Below the pieces are notes generated by a model, which did no database searches, had not been told where the DNA came from, and was given only the letters and a program-made list of their open reading frames with translations. The position numbers and the translations under genes are program-made. A DNA stretch of 62,917 bases from Methylococcaceae bacterium (GTDB lineage: Bacteria; Pseudomonadota; Gammaproteobacteria; Methylococcales; Methylomonadaceae), in the NCBI GenBank assembly GCA_030627285.1, contig DAOUSJ010000001.1, positions 1 to 62,917 on the forward strand, in the 5' to 3' direction. Each line of letters begins with the position of its first letter. Within the stretch, counting starts at the first letter, position 1. This document shows positions 30,055 through 40,559 of the stretch, one piece after another.

Positions 30055-31647
30055 TTAATGTTGCATAAAATATTGGTTTAAAAATTCATCTAAACTTAAC
30101 AGATCACTAGTCTCAAGTTCAAATTGTTGTTGCTGTGATGTTAACATCATTTGGTCAAATTGTTGCTGTAATGCAGAATTTAAAGGTGCTTGTTGAGTAA
30201 AATAATTTGCATGTTGTTTTGAAGTAGATAAACTAAAACCACTATAAGACTGTTGCTGTTTTTGCATGGCAGCTAATATTTTTGCAGATGGAGTTAAAGC
30301 AGAATTATTTACACATTGTTGTTGCCAATTTAATGCGCTTGTATACGGTTTATTAATTTTATCAGCATCTAAAACCGCACATATATCCTGCATATCCGTT
30401 AAAATCTGACTAGACCAAGCCTGTAAACTAATATTTTTCCCATGTTTATTCAGCTGCAAATTAGGCTTTCTACCTTGATATGCAACTAGTAATTGATTGT
30501 TATTATTTATTTTTTGCTCATGACTGCTTTGTAAAGGACTCTCATTTAATAAGCAATGCAATAAAAAAGCTTCGATGAAATTAGCCTGATGTTGATTAAT
30601 TCCAATTGGCTCGAAAATATTAACATCTAACGAACGAATTTCAATATATTGTACCCCACGATATTTTAAAGCTAAAGTTGGTTTTTCACCTGAAGCTGAA
30701 ATTTGTTTAGGTCTTACAGTACTATAATATTCATTTTCTATCTGCAACTGATTGGAATTAAGTTGTTGATATGCTCCATTTGACTTAATTCCAATAGCCT
30801 CATAATCAACATCAGGAGTATTCATAGCCATATTCAAACTTTCTACATAACCATTTAGGGTATTAAAATCAATTTTTAACTGGGATTGTTTATCATTTTT
30901 ATAACCTATATCACTCATTCTTAATGAGGTTGCATATGGTTGATACAATGTATGAGGATCAAATTCTTGAAAAGAATTACTTAAATTGTGCGGACGATTA
31001 TGAAAAAATTGTTTACAAATTGCTGGTGAAGCTCCAAATAAATACAACAACAACCAGCCTTGACGTTGAAAATTTCTAATTAAAGCAAAATATGCGGCTG
31101 AAATAAATTCTTCTAAACTTATCCCACTTTCATCTTGTGCATATAATTCCTGAAATAATGGCATTGGTACTGAATAATTGAAATGAACCCCCGCTATAGC
31201 CTGCATAGAACGACCATACCGATGCGATAATCCAAGCCGATAAATTTGTTTCATTTGCCCTATATTAGATTTTCCATAATCTGCAATCTTAATGCTATTT
31301 TCATTTTTAATTCCACAAGGCATACTAGTAGCTAACAAGATTTCATTATCTAAGTTTTTATAGACATGCCGATGAATATTATGCAGAAATTTTAAAGTTT
31401 CAACACTATTAACAAACGGTGGCGTAATAAACTCCAATAAAGATTCCGAATAATCAGTAGTAATATGTGGATGAGTTAAAGCTGAACCTAAAAACTTGGG
31501 GTGTGGTGTTTGCGCAATCAAACCTTGGGCTGAAATTCGCAAGCTTTCTTTTTCTATACCTTTCAAACCATTACATAATAAATCCTGTTTATTATTGGCA
31601 GTTATTTTTTGGAAATGCGCTGCAAGTTGCGTGGTCAAAGTCGTCAT
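30055..31647 (-). CDS. gshA: Glutamate-cysteine ligase (E. coli type)
   Basis: 530 aa. GIEKESLRI, THPHITTDYSESLLEFITPP and RMSDIGY are present. Confidence 0.9.
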   Translation of the reverse strand: MTTLTTQLAAHFQKITANNKQDLLCNGLKGIEKESLRISAQGLIAQTPHPKFLGSALTHPHITTDYSESLLEFITPPFVNSVETLKFLHNIHRHVYKNLDNEILLATSMPCGIKNENSIKIADYGKSNIGQMKQIYRLGLSHRYGRSMQAIAGVHFNYSVPMPLFQELYAQDESGISLEEFISAAYFALIRNFQRQGWLLLYLFGASPAICKQFFHNRPHNLSNSFQEFDPHTLYQPYATSLRMSDIGYKNDKQSQLKIDFNTLNGYVESLNMAMNTPDVDYEAIGIKSNGAYQQLNSNQLQIENEYYSTVRPKQISASGEKPTLALKYRGVQYIEIRSLDVNIFEPIGINQHQANFIEAFLLHCLLNESPLQSSHEQKINNNNQLLVAYQGRKPNLQLNKHGKNISLQAWSSQILTDMQDICAVLDADKINKPYTSALNWQQQCVNNSALTPSAKILAAMQKQQQSYSGFSLSTSKQHANYFTQQAPLNSALQQQFDQMMLTSQQQQFELETSDLLSLDEFLNQYFMQH

Positions 31648-31922
31648 ATCACCAATATTAGCCTACTTAGAATAAATATTAATCCCATATTATAAGGGCT
31701 TTACGTGTTAATAAAGCAAATTTCTCATTTTAAACCTAATACCCAATTTAAAAAATACTTTTTAAGAATGCCCATACAATTAAATTTAGATTCTGTATTT
31801 GTTAAGATTTATCGTGTAAATTACACTTATTGGGTTAATAAAAAAACCCATAAATTGATTCATAAATAATCATGTATCTCCATATATTTATTTTATAGTC
31901 AAAAATAACCAAGGGAATAATT

Positions 31923-32300
31923 ATGTCTGAACAAACTGATAAAAAAATATTGGACGTTGAAACTATTGAACAGCGTTTAAAAGCAGAATTACCAGAATGG
32001 TTTTATAAAAATGGCTGGATTCAAAGAAAATTTAAAACCAGTGGCTGGAAAGGTAGCTTAATGGTAGTAACTACTGTGGGACATTTAGCCGAAAAAGCTT
32101 GGCATCATCCAGATATGAATGTCTCATATGCGTTTGTAATTGTTAAATTAATGACTCATTCCGCAAAAGGAATTACGGAAAAAGATTTTATTTTAGCAAA
32201 AAAAATTGAAGCTGTGATTATGTGGGATGCTGCTGCTGAATCTAATAATATTTTAGAAGGTACGCCTAAAGAACAACGATTTAGTTATATTAAAAGTTAA
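31923..32300 (+). CDS. phhB: Pterin-4-alpha-carbinolamine dehydratase
   Basis: 125 aa. The PCD/DCoH motif is present (VGHLAEKAWHHPDMNVSYAFVIVKLMTH). Confidence 0.8.
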   Translation: MSEQTDKKILDVETIEQRLKAELPEWFYKNGWIQRKFKTSGWKGSLMVVTTVGHLAEKAWHHPDMNVSYAFVIVKLMTHSAKGITEKDFILAKKIEAVIMWDAAAESNNILEGTPKEQRFSYIKS

Positions 32301-33613
32301 TTCCGTCTAGGATCAAAAGCATCTCTAACGCAGTCGGAAAATAAATTTGCTGCCAATACAAAACTAAACATGAAAATGAATGCCGCGCTTAAAGACCACC
32401 ACACTACAGGTTCACGTGCCATTTCTAAGCGCGCACCATTAATCATGTTGCCCCAGCTGTAAGTTGTTGGATCTACACCGATATTAATATATGACAGCAC
32501 GGCTTCAGCTAAAACTAAGGCACTAAAATCTAATACTACTGCAATAAAAATTATATGCATTACATTAGGTAAAATATGTCGGTATAAAATTTTGCTATTA
32601 GTTACACCCAAAGCTTGCGCGGCTTGCACATAATCCATAGCTTTGAGTTTTAAAGTTTCTGCACGCAATAACCGACAAAGTCCAGTCCAACTAGTCAACC
32701 CCAAAATAAAACATAAGCCTAATAAACGCATATCTGCCCGCACTAATAAACTAGTGAATTCAGCTTGATGATTGGCAATATAAACTTGCACCATTAAAAT
32801 AGAAGCTGCAATTAATAATACGCTGGGAATTGAGTTTAAAGTCGTGTAAACATATTGAATCAAATCATCAATCCAACCTGAATAAAATCCGGCTAAAATT
32901 CCAAACACAATTGCCAACGGTAACATAATAAAAGTGGTTAAAGCCCCAATAACCAAGCCTGTACGAATGCTTTTAATGGCTTGATAAAATACATCTTCAC
33001 CAACTTTATCAGTGCCTAAAATATGATATGAACATGACAATTCAATTAAAATTGCACTAATAACAATCAAGCAACCCAGTAAACTCCAGATATGAAAATT
33101 TTTTGCAGTTACAGTTTGACTTAAGTAGTACATACAAGCCAACAATAACGCAAAAACCAACATACCTTTAATAAATCCTAAACCAGTTTTGCGGCTAATA
33201 TCACCAAGTTTTTCAGTTTCAGGATTATTTAAATTCGCACCACCATATTTCAATCTAGGATAACCCCAGATAGATTCTTGGCTGGATACTTGAATATTTT
33301 CTTTGCTAAATAAATGTGTAGCGAAAGGAGCAGAATAAGTTTTTTCAGTTTGAGTTCTTAATGGTGTAGCTACATAATCTAACAGACTAATAATTGCCTG
33401 CGTATCATTATTGCTAGCTTTAAAATGAATTGAATCTAACAAGCCAATGAGTATAAAAAACATCAATACTACCAAGGATAAAATCCCAGTTTTATTGCTA
33501 ATAATTTTTTCTAGGGGACGTTTAAATTGTACTTGCGTAGTTAAATAATAACTCCCAGAAACTAATATAAACATTAAAAAATACAACAATGCATCTGTCC
33601 ACAAAACTACCAT
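32297..33613 (-). CDS. Peptide-type ABC transporter permease (OppC/DppC/YejE-like) with an extended N-terminal region
   Basis: The binding-protein-dependent transport signature is present (VQAAQALGVTNSKILYRHILPNV). The gene is coupled to the upstream permease gene. Confidence 0.8.
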   Translation of the reverse strand: MVVLWTDALLYFLMFILVSGSYYLTTQVQFKRPLEKIISNKTGILSLVVLMFFILIGLLDSIHFKASNNDTQAIISLLDYVATPLRTQTEKTYSAPFATHLFSKENIQVSSQESIWGYPRLKYGGANLNNPETEKLGDISRKTGLGFIKGMLVFALLLACMYYLSQTVTAKNFHIWSLLGCLIVISAILIELSCSYHILGTDKVGEDVFYQAIKSIRTGLVIGALTTFIMLPLAIVFGILAGFYSGWIDDLIQYVYTTLNSIPSVLLIAASILMVQVYIANHQAEFTSLLVRADMRLLGLCFILGLTSWTGLCRLLRAETLKLKAMDYVQAAQALGVTNSKILYRHILPNVMHIIFIAVVLDFSALVLAEAVLSYINIGVDPTTYSWGNMINGARLEMAREPVVWWSLSAAFIFMFSFVLAANLFSDCVRDAFDPRRN

Positions 33614-34584
33614 TATGTCAACCTAATCCTTGGATCTACTAAGGTATATGAAATGTCAGTTAACACTAAACCCAAAATATATAACGCTGAACCTAAAAAT
33701 ACCATTGAGCGTACAATCGCAAAATCTTGGCTGTTAATTGCATCAATAGTGTAACTACCTAAACCTGGAATACTAAAGAATGCTTCGGTAATTAAACTGC
33801 CCATGAATAAAACAGGCAAAATCACTACTACTCCAGTCAAAATAGGAATTAAAGCATTTCTTAATACATGTTTGAATAATACTTGAGTTTCAGTTAAACC
33901 CTTAGCTCTTGCGGTACGAACATAATCTTTTTCAACTTCTTCTAAAAATAAACTTCGGTACCATCTAGCTCCAGAACCAATTCCTGATACCACTGCAATT
34001 AACACTGGCAAAATTAGAAATTTTAATGCATTAAAACCTGGTTCATAACCTGAAATTGGTACTAAATGTAATAACTTACTGATTAAAAATTGTCCACCTA
34101 TAATATAAAATAGCGATGAAATTGACATTAAAATTACACAGCCAACTAAACCGCCTATTTCTATATAAGTTTGCCTAAATAACACCATAAATAAGGCAAT
34201 AGAAATATTTACTCCCAAGCCCACAATTAACGATGGTAATGCTACAGCTAAACTAGGCCACATCCGTTGTTTAATATCATAAGAAATATTACGCCCACTA
34301 TCTGAAATTCCAAAATTAAAGCTAAATAAACCAACAGATTTTTGATAAAAAATAGTTTTTGTAATTGGATTACTGGCTTTAGAATTCCAAAACAATGGCA
34401 AATCATAACCGCGCTGTTGCTTCCAATTTTCAACTGCTTGTTGGGTTACATGTTTTTCACCCAATTGCATCCGCGCCATGTCATCAGGACTATTAACCAC
34501 AAAAAACAAAGTAAAAGTTAATATATTTACTCCCATTAATAATGGTATAGCATACACAAAACGGCGAATTATATATGCTAACAT
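33613..34584 (-). CDS. Peptide-type ABC transporter permease (OppB/DppB/YejB-like)
   Basis: The N-terminus MLAYIIRRFVYAIPLLMGV, the EAA-loop region YVRTARAKGLTETQVLFKHVLRNALIP and the C-terminus LVDPRIR are present. Confidence 0.8.
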   Translation of the reverse strand: MLAYIIRRFVYAIPLLMGVNILTFTLFFVVNSPDDMARMQLGEKHVTQQAVENWKQQRGYDLPLFWNSKASNPITKTIFYQKSVGLFSFNFGISDSGRNISYDIKQRMWPSLAVALPSLIVGLGVNISIALFMVLFRQTYIEIGGLVGCVILMSISSLFYIIGGQFLISKLLHLVPISGYEPGFNALKFLILPVLIAVVSGIGSGARWYRSLFLEEVEKDYVRTARAKGLTETQVLFKHVLRNALIPILTGVVVILPVLFMGSLITEAFFSIPGLGSYTIDAINSQDFAIVRSMVFLGSALYILGLVLTDISYTLVDPRIRLT

Positions 34585-34611
34585 ACTGCTACAACTCCTA
34601 GAATATCCAGC

Positions 34612-34932
34612 TTAACCAGCTGCATTTTGAAAATATGCATTTTTTTCAAAACCACTTAACTTAGCTAACAATAATAACTGCTGCGGAATATGCTGAAAGA
34701 TTAATTTCACTTGTTGTTGCTGACTATATTTAATCCATTCAATCATTAAAGCCAAGCCTGCACTATCGCAATTAGTTACTAACTTTAAATCTAAGGTTAA
34801 AGTGTTGTTGGCACATGAATTGGAAAAATCTACACACTTCACAGTTTTGGCATTAATACTGGCAAAAGTTAAATCCCCTTTAACACTTAAACATCCAGTT
34901 TGCATGGTTATTATTTCTAAATTTTGCATCAC
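34612..34932 (-). CDS. mlaB: STAS-domain phospholipid ABC transporter accessory protein
   Basis: It is a 106-aa STAS fold (LTLDLKLVTNCDSAGLALMIEW) lying directly after mlaD. Confidence 0.7.
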   Translation of the reverse strand: MMQNLEIITMQTGCLSVKGDLTFASINAKTVKCVDFSNSCANNTLTLDLKLVTNCDSAGLALMIEWIKYSQQQQVKLIFQHIPQQLLLLAKLSGFEKNAYFQNAAG

Positions 34933-35411
34933 TATTCCGCTGCTGAATCACTACTACCACGATCTTTAAATAAAAATTGCCCCATAACTTCTTCCAACAC
35001 AATTGCAGATTGAGTAATTTCAATTTGACTCTGATCTTTTAAAACCTCGTCCATTCCACCTGGCTCTAAACTCACATATTGCTCGCCTAATAAACCCGCA
35101 GTAAAAATACTTGCAGTAGTATCTTCAGGCAATTGATTATATTGAGCTTCAATTTGCATTCTGACTACGGCTTGAAACATTTTTTGATCTAATTCAATAC
35201 TCTCAACCCGACCAACCCTAACTCCACCAATTAATACTGGAGATTTTACTTTTAAACCGCCAGAATTTTCAAATGTCGCAGTAACGGTATAAGTTTCTAC
35301 AGCATTAAAACCGCCTAAATTACTCACTTGCATGGCTAAAAAAAACAATGCGCCAATGCCAGTAGCAATAAAAATACCTACTAAAGTATCTTGTGTTGCT
35401 GAATTTTGCAT
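34932..35411 (-). CDS. mlaD: Outer membrane lipid asymmetry maintenance protein, MCE domain
   Basis: An N-terminal TM is followed by an MCE domain (GGLKVKSPVLIGGVRVGRV). Confidence 0.85.
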   Translation of the reverse strand: MQNSATQDTLVGIFIATGIGALFFLAMQVSNLGGFNAVETYTVTATFENSGGLKVKSPVLIGGVRVGRVESIELDQKMFQAVVRMQIEAQYNQLPEDTTASIFTAGLLGEQYVSLEPGGMDEVLKDQSQIEITQSAIVLEEVMGQFLFKDRGSSDSAAE

Positions 35412-36193
35412 TAAATGTCTCCAAACATAAGTGCAGTTAGAATAAAATCCAAACCTAATGTAGCAAAAGCCGAATTCACTACAGTTCGCGTAGTTGCACC
35501 ACTAACTCCCTCAGAAGTTGGCACTGCGGAATAACCTTCATATAAAGCAATCCATGTCACGACAAAACCAAAAACCAAACTTTTAATCACACCATTTAAG
35601 ATGTCATCATAAAAATCCAAACTTGATTGCATTTGCATCCAATAAGAGCCTTCATCTACGCCTAACATGCCCACACCAACCAAATGCCCACCTATAATTC
35701 CTATAGCACTAAATAACATAGTTAATAATGGCACGGAAATTAATCCAGCTACAAATCTAGGCGCAACAATACGTTTTATCGGGTCAATTGCCATCATTTC
35801 CATGCCAGACAATTGTTCAGTAGCTTTCATTAAACCAATTTCAGCAGTTAAAGCTGAACCCGCGCGCCCCGCAAATAATAATGCTGTCACTACTGGGCCT
35901 AATTCACGCACTAATGAAGCTGCAACCATTACCCCTAAAGCTTCTTCAGCTCCAAAGCTTGATAAAATATAATATCCCTGTAAACTTAAAACCATGCCAA
36001 TAAACAAGCCTGAAACAGTGATAATCAAAAACGATAACACCCCTACAGAATATAATTGTTTGCTCAATAAACGTGGACGTAAAAATACATCTCCAACTCC
36101 AATTAATACCTGACCTAAAAAAAATCCACTTTTGCCAAGTTTATTAAAACTACAGCGAGTGTTTTTGCCTAATTTCGTCAAAATATTCAGCAT
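35411..36193 (-). CDS. mlaE: Phospholipid ABC transporter permease
   Basis: It is a 260-aa MlaE/YrbE-family permease (RELGPVVTALLFAGRAGSALTAEIG). Confidence 0.9.
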   Translation of the reverse strand: MLNILTKLGKNTRCSFNKLGKSGFFLGQVLIGVGDVFLRPRLLSKQLYSVGVLSFLIITVSGLFIGMVLSLQGYYILSSFGAEEALGVMVAASLVRELGPVVTALLFAGRAGSALTAEIGLMKATEQLSGMEMMAIDPIKRIVAPRFVAGLISVPLLTMLFSAIGIIGGHLVGVGMLGVDEGSYWMQMQSSLDFYDDILNGVIKSLVFGFVVTWIALYEGYSAVPTSEGVSGATTRTVVNSAFATLGLDFILTALMFGDI

Positions 36194-36195
36194 GT

Positions 36196-37008
36196 TTAAT
36201 CCTTATCAAACGTCAGCAAATCTTCAATATAATCTGGAGCTGGATAATGAAAATGCACTGGTCCTTCAGGCGCACCTTGCATAAACTGCTGTACCCATTC
36301 AGATTCAGAATTATTAATTTCCTCTGGAGTTCCCTGACCCACAATATTTCCATGTGACAACACATAAATATAATCTGCAATTGCAATAGTTTCATGCACA
36401 TCATGTGAAACTATAATACTAGTTAAACCCAAAATAGTATTTAACGATTTAATCAGTTGTACCAAAGTTGCCATTGAAATTGGATCTTGTCCAGTAAATG
36501 GCTCATCGTACATAATCATCATTGGATCTAAAGCAATTGCCCGCGCTAATGCCACTCGCCTTGCCATACCTCCAGATAATTCATTCGGCATTAAATTCCT
36601 AGCACCACGCAAACCCACTGCATGTAACTTCATTAACACCAAAGTTCGAATCATTGATTCAGTTAATTTTGTATGCTCACGTAACGGAAACGCCACATTA
36701 TCATACACATTCATATCAGTTAATAAAGCACCACTTTGAAACAACATCCCCATGCGTCTACGCAAACTATACAAATCTTTACGGGCTAATGTATGCACAT
36801 TCTGACCATTAATCTCCACAGTTCCAGCATCTGGAAAAATTTGCCCACCAATTAATTTTAATAAAGTAGTTTTTCCAGTACCACTAGGTCCCATAATCGC
36901 AGTAATTTTACCGCGCTGGATTCCTAGTGAAATATCATCGAATATTATTCTATCGCCACGCGAAAACGTCAGGTGTTGCACCGAAACTAAGTTATTATCA
37001 AAGCTCAC
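36196..37008 (-). CDS. mlaF: Phospholipid ABC transporter ATP-binding protein
   Basis: Walker A GPSGTGKTT, the signature LSGGMARRVALARA and Walker B MIMYDEP are present. Confidence 0.9.
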   Translation of the reverse strand: MSFDNNLVSVQHLTFSRGDRIIFDDISLGIQRGKITAIMGPSGTGKTTLLKLIGGQIFPDAGTVEINGQNVHTLARKDLYSLRRRMGMLFQSGALLTDMNVYDNVAFPLREHTKLTESMIRTLVLMKLHAVGLRGARNLMPNELSGGMARRVALARAIALDPMMIMYDEPFTGQDPISMATLVQLIKSLNTILGLTSIIVSHDVHETIAIADYIYVLSHGNIVGQGTPEEINNSESEWVQQFMQGAPEGPVHFHYPAPDYIEDLLTFDKD

Positions 37009-37171
37009 ATAAATCTCTAACGATTATAAAATACTCATTTTCCATGAGATAACTAGCTTAAGTCAAACAATTATATTTTATGATGCGACATAATCTATAT
37101 AATCATGGCATAATGAACGGTTTTAAAAAAGTTGGCTCATAAAATGCTAATAAAAATTCGGAATATTTGTC

Positions 37172-38152
37172 GTGCCAGCAATTAATACTCACAAAATTTG
37201 TGAATTAGCTTTAACTGTCATTGACTTAGAAGCCAAAGCAGTGGCCAATTTAGCTAAAAAAATCAACCATGATTTTGTTGCTGCATGCAGCATAATGCAA
37301 CAATGCAAAGGCAAAGTAATAGTTATAGGTATGGGAAAATCTGGACATATTGCTGGCAAAATTGCTGCAACTTTAGCCAGCACTGGCACCCCAGCATTTT
37401 TTGTGCATGCTGCCGAAGCCAGTCACGGTGATTTGGGCATGATGAGTGTGCAAGACGTAATTTTAGCAATATCTAATTCAGGTGAAACTAGTGAATTATT
37501 AACCTTACTACCATTAATAAAAAGGTTGAATATTCCATTAATTGCTATGACCGGAGCTAAAAATTCTACCTTAGCTAAATTTGCTAGCGTGCATTTAGAT
37601 GTTTCTGTAACCCAAGAAGCTTGTCCACTTGGATTAGCCCCAACATCTAGCAGCACTGTAGCTTTAGTCATGGGCGATGCATTGGCATTAGCTATTTTAG
37701 ACAGTAATGGTTTTACCCAAAATGACTTTGCTTTATCCCATCCAGGTGGCAATTTAGGCAAGCGTTTATTATTACAAGTTGATGATTTAATGCACACTGG
37801 CACCGATATTCCAATAGTAAATCCTGAAAATTTTATTAGCCAAGTTTTGTTAGAAATGACTGCAAAAAAATTAGGCATGACCGCAGTAATTAATCATGCA
37901 CATCAGGTTATGGGTGTATTTACTGATGGCGATCTCAGGCGTATGTTAGCAAAAAATTTGGATGTTCATAGTACAACAGTAGAGCAAGTTATGACTGCTC
38001 CATGCACGATGATTAAAGCAAATTTATTAGCAGCAGAAGCGATGCAAATTATGGAAAGCAAAGAAATTAACGCCTTATTAATAGTGGACACTGAACAAAA
38101 ACTTTTAGGGGCATTAAATATGCACGATTTAATCCATGCAGGCATTGTTTAA
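37172..38152 (+). CDS. kdsD: Arabinose-5-phosphate isomerase
   Basis: It has a SIS domain (GMGKSGHI) plus tandem CBS domains. It uses a GTG start and is followed by kdsC. Confidence 0.9.
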   Translation: MPAINTHKICELALTVIDLEAKAVANLAKKINHDFVAACSIMQQCKGKVIVIGMGKSGHIAGKIAATLASTGTPAFFVHAAEASHGDLGMMSVQDVILAISNSGETSELLTLLPLIKRLNIPLIAMTGAKNSTLAKFASVHLDVSVTQEACPLGLAPTSSSTVALVMGDALALAILDSNGFTQNDFALSHPGGNLGKRLLLQVDDLMHTGTDIPIVNPENFISQVLLEMTAKKLGMTAVINHAHQVMGVFTDGDLRRMLAKNLDVHSTTVEQVMTAPCTMIKANLLAAEAMQIMESKEINALLIVDTEQKLLGALNMHDLIHAGIV

Positions 38153-38154
38153 CT

Positions 38155-38697
38155 ATGCAATTCAATCAAAAATCCCAAACCTGCCTAGAAATTGCCAAAC
38201 AAATTAAATTATTAATCTTAGATGTAGACGGAGTTTTAACTGATGGCAAACTATTTTTCGATCACCAAGGTCAAGAATATAAAGCCTTTCATGCACGTGA
38301 TGGACATGGTTTAAAATTATTACAAACCACTGGGGTAATCGTTGCAATTATTTCTGGTCGCAAATCCAAATCTGTAGAATTAAGAATGCAAAACTTAGGA
38401 ATTAAACATGTTTATCAAGGACATGAAAATAAAATTGCCGCATTTGAAGGACTTATTGGTCTATTAAAACTTAGCCCTGAACAAGTAGCTTATGTAGGTG
38501 ATGACGTTTTAGATTTACCAATTATGTCACGTGTAGGTCTAGCAATTGCAGTTAATGATGCGCATTTTACTGTAAAAATTCGTGCTGCTTGTTATACTGA
38601 TATTCAAGGTGGATTAGGCGCAGTGCGTGAAGTCTGTGATTTTATTATGCAAGCACAAGGAAGTTTTGATAAGATTTTGCATACTTATTTAACTTAA
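38155..38697 (+). CDS. kdsC: KDO-8-phosphate phosphatase
   Basis: HAD motifs LDVDGVLTDG and YVGDDVLDLP are present. Confidence 0.9.
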   Translation: MQFNQKSQTCLEIAKQIKLLILDVDGVLTDGKLFFDHQGQEYKAFHARDGHGLKLLQTTGVIVAIISGRKSKSVELRMQNLGIKHVYQGHENKIAAFEGLIGLLKLSPEQVAYVGDDVLDLPIMSRVGLAIAVNDAHFTVKIRAACYTDIQGGLGAVREVCDFIMQAQGSFDKILHTYLT

Positions 38698-38713
38698 ACG
38701 GATCCGCAAGCTA

Positions 38714-39313
38714 ATGGCTGTGTTTCATCCAGATAAATTTTTTGCACATAATATTCGGGTCTATGTTTTGGCCATTGGTTTAGCTATTTTATCTTGGATT
38801 TTAGTAGCAGCTTTTGAGCCAGAACCACTAATTTTAACTACAAGCTCACAGTATAAAATTCGCAGTGTAGACTATTTTAGTACTGACTATATGAAAAAAG
38901 AGTTGGATACTGAAGGTAAACTAAAATCCATTTTACAAGCCCAAAAATTATCGCATTATAAAGAAGATGGGATAACTGAAATGCAACAACCAATAATGAC
39001 TTTGTATAATGCTAATACTCCTCCTTGGATTATTCAAGCAACTACTGGTATTTTAGCTGCTGATGGGAATACTTTACACTTAAATGGCGCAGTATCTATT
39101 GATAGGGCAGCAACTGAAAATCTGCCAGTATTAAAATTACAAACATCGGATTTAACAGTTAAAATACATGAAAATTATGCTGAAGGAAAAAAATGGGCTC
39201 AATTGCATTCAGGCAATAATTGGATCCAAGGTGTCGGCATTCAAATGGTGTTTAAACAACCAATTTCATTAAAATTGTTATCAAAAGTTAAAAGTTATTA
39301 TGAGCCTAAATAA
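38714..39313 (+). CDS. lptC: LPS export system protein LptC
   Basis: It is an N-terminally anchored protein of about 190 aa located between kdsC and lptA. Confidence 0.75.
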   Translation: MAVFHPDKFFAHNIRVYVLAIGLAILSWILVAAFEPEPLILTTSSQYKIRSVDYFSTDYMKKELDTEGKLKSILQAQKLSHYKEDGITEMQQPIMTLYNANTPPWIIQATTGILAADGNTLHLNGAVSIDRAATENLPVLKLQTSDLTVKIHENYAEGKKWAQLHSGNNWIQGVGIQMVFKQPISLKLLSKVKSYYEPK

Positions 39314-39809
39314 AACCAGCCGCAGATTTTTATTCGCAATATTTATGATGTCAATTGGTAATGTCAGCTTTGCTTTGGAAAATGATAATCAACAACCAAT
39401 TTATATTGATTCCAATACGGCCTCTTACGATCAACAACAAGAATTAAGTGTTTATACTGGCGATGTTATTTTTACCCAAGGTTCATTAATAGTTAAATCT
39501 GACAGCATGACTTTTCATCTTAAACAAGGTGAAATATCTAAAATAGTAGTGAAAGGACAACCAGCAACCTTTAAACAAACTCCAAAAAAAAATCGCAAAG
39601 ATATTAATGGGCAGGCATTAATTGGGGAATATTATCCCGCAAGTGCTAAACTACAATTAATGGGTAAAGCTGTGATTTGGCAGGGCGGCAATCAATCAAA
39701 AAGTGATTTAATTGTTTATGATACTAAGCATTCAGTAATTAGAGCGGGTGATAAAACTTCAGGCTCAAAACGAGTACATACAGTGTTTCAACCCAAAGCA
39801 AAAAAATAA
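39300..39809 (+). CDS. lptA: LPS export periplasmic protein LptA
   Basis: A signal peptide precedes an OstA-like fold (PIYIDSNTASYDQ..., GNQSKSDLIVYD). Confidence 0.8.
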   Translation: MSLNKTSRRFLFAIFMMSIGNVSFALENDNQQPIYIDSNTASYDQQQELSVYTGDVIFTQGSLIVKSDSMTFHLKQGEISKIVVKGQPATFKQTPKKNRKDINGQALIGEYYPASAKLQLMGKAVIWQGGNQSKSDLIVYDTKHSVIRAGDKTSGSKRVHTVFQPKAKK

Positions 39810-39812
39810 ATC

Positions 39813-40538
39813 ATGGCGAGCTTAACTGCAAAAAATATCATTAAAACTTACAATAAACGTCAAGTTGTTGCTGGAGTATCGTTACATATTGACACTGGTG
39901 AAATTGTAGGTTTATTGGGTCCAAATGGTGCCGGCAAGACTACTAGTTTTTATTTATTGGTGGGTTTGATTAAAGCTGAATTTGGCGAAATTTTTTTAGA
40001 TGAACGCAATATCACCAATTATCCTATGCATAAACGCGCCCAATTAGGCATTGGTTATTTACCCCAAGAACCATCAGTATTTCGTAAGTTAACCGTAGCA
40101 GAAAATTTACGCGCAGTTTTACAATTACGCCCCGATTTAAATAAACACACTATTGAAACTAAAATTCACACCTTATTAGAAGAATTTCATATTTTACATT
40201 TAGCTAATCAATCTGCTTTAGGACTTTCAGGCGGAGAACGTAGACGGGTTGAAATAGCACGGGCTTTAGCAACTAATCCAAAGTTCATTTTGTTAGATGA
40301 ACCATTTGCTGGAGTAGATCCAATTTCTGTAATTGATATTAATAAAATCATTTGTCATTTAAAAAATCGCGGCATTGGAATCTTAATTACTGAGCATAAT
40401 GTGCGTGAAACTTTGCGTATTTGTGATCGAGCTTATATTTTAAATGAGGGCAAAGTAATTACTGAAGGTGGGGCAAAGGAAATTGTAGCCAATGATGAAG
40501 TTCGAGCAGTATATTTAGGTGAGAATTTTGTTCTCTAG
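39813..40538 (+). CDS. lptB: LPS export ABC transporter ATPase
   Basis: [24 protein letters not shown] and [12 protein letters not shown] are present. Confidence 0.95.
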   Translation: MASLTAKNIIKTYNKRQVVAGVSLHIDTGEIVGLLGPNGAGKTTSFYLLVGLIKAEFGEIFLDERNITNYPMHKRAQLGIGYLPQEPSVFRKLTVAENLRAVLQLRPDLNKHTIETKIHTLLEEFHILHLANQSALGLSGGERRRVEIARALATNPKFILLDEPFAGVDPISVIDINKIICHLKNRGIGILITEHNVRETLRICDRAYILNEGKVITEGGAKEIVANDEVRAVYLGENFVL

Positions 40539-40559
40539 CTTAGTTAGCAAATCAACATA

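Noticed and set aside
31814-31826. The palindrome gtgta-aat-tacac upstream of the pterin dehydratase gene, considered as a TyrR/PhhR box.
   Set aside because: The arms are only 5 bp and the spacing does not match the TGTAAA-N6-TTTACA TyrR consensus. In an AT-rich spacer this is plausibly chance.
37381-37400. TGGCAC-containing sites, here and at a few other positions on both strands, examined as sigma-54 (-24/-12) promoters.
   Set aside because: None has the GG-N10-GC spacing with a TTGC at -12. All are inside coding regions.
37423-37878. A 151-aa ORF antisense to kdsD, plus similar long antisense ORFs at 41567..41938 (in rpoN), 43412..43774 and 43118..43363 (in mgtE), 35667..35972 (in mlaE), 4236..4529 and 4764..5039 (in ribD), 14219..14506 (in accD) and others in the track.
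   Set aside because: Each lies wholly inside a well-supported conserved gene on the opposite strand. The translations are low-complexity or hydrophobic with no recognisable motifs, and there is no start context. This is the typical shadow-frame artefact.
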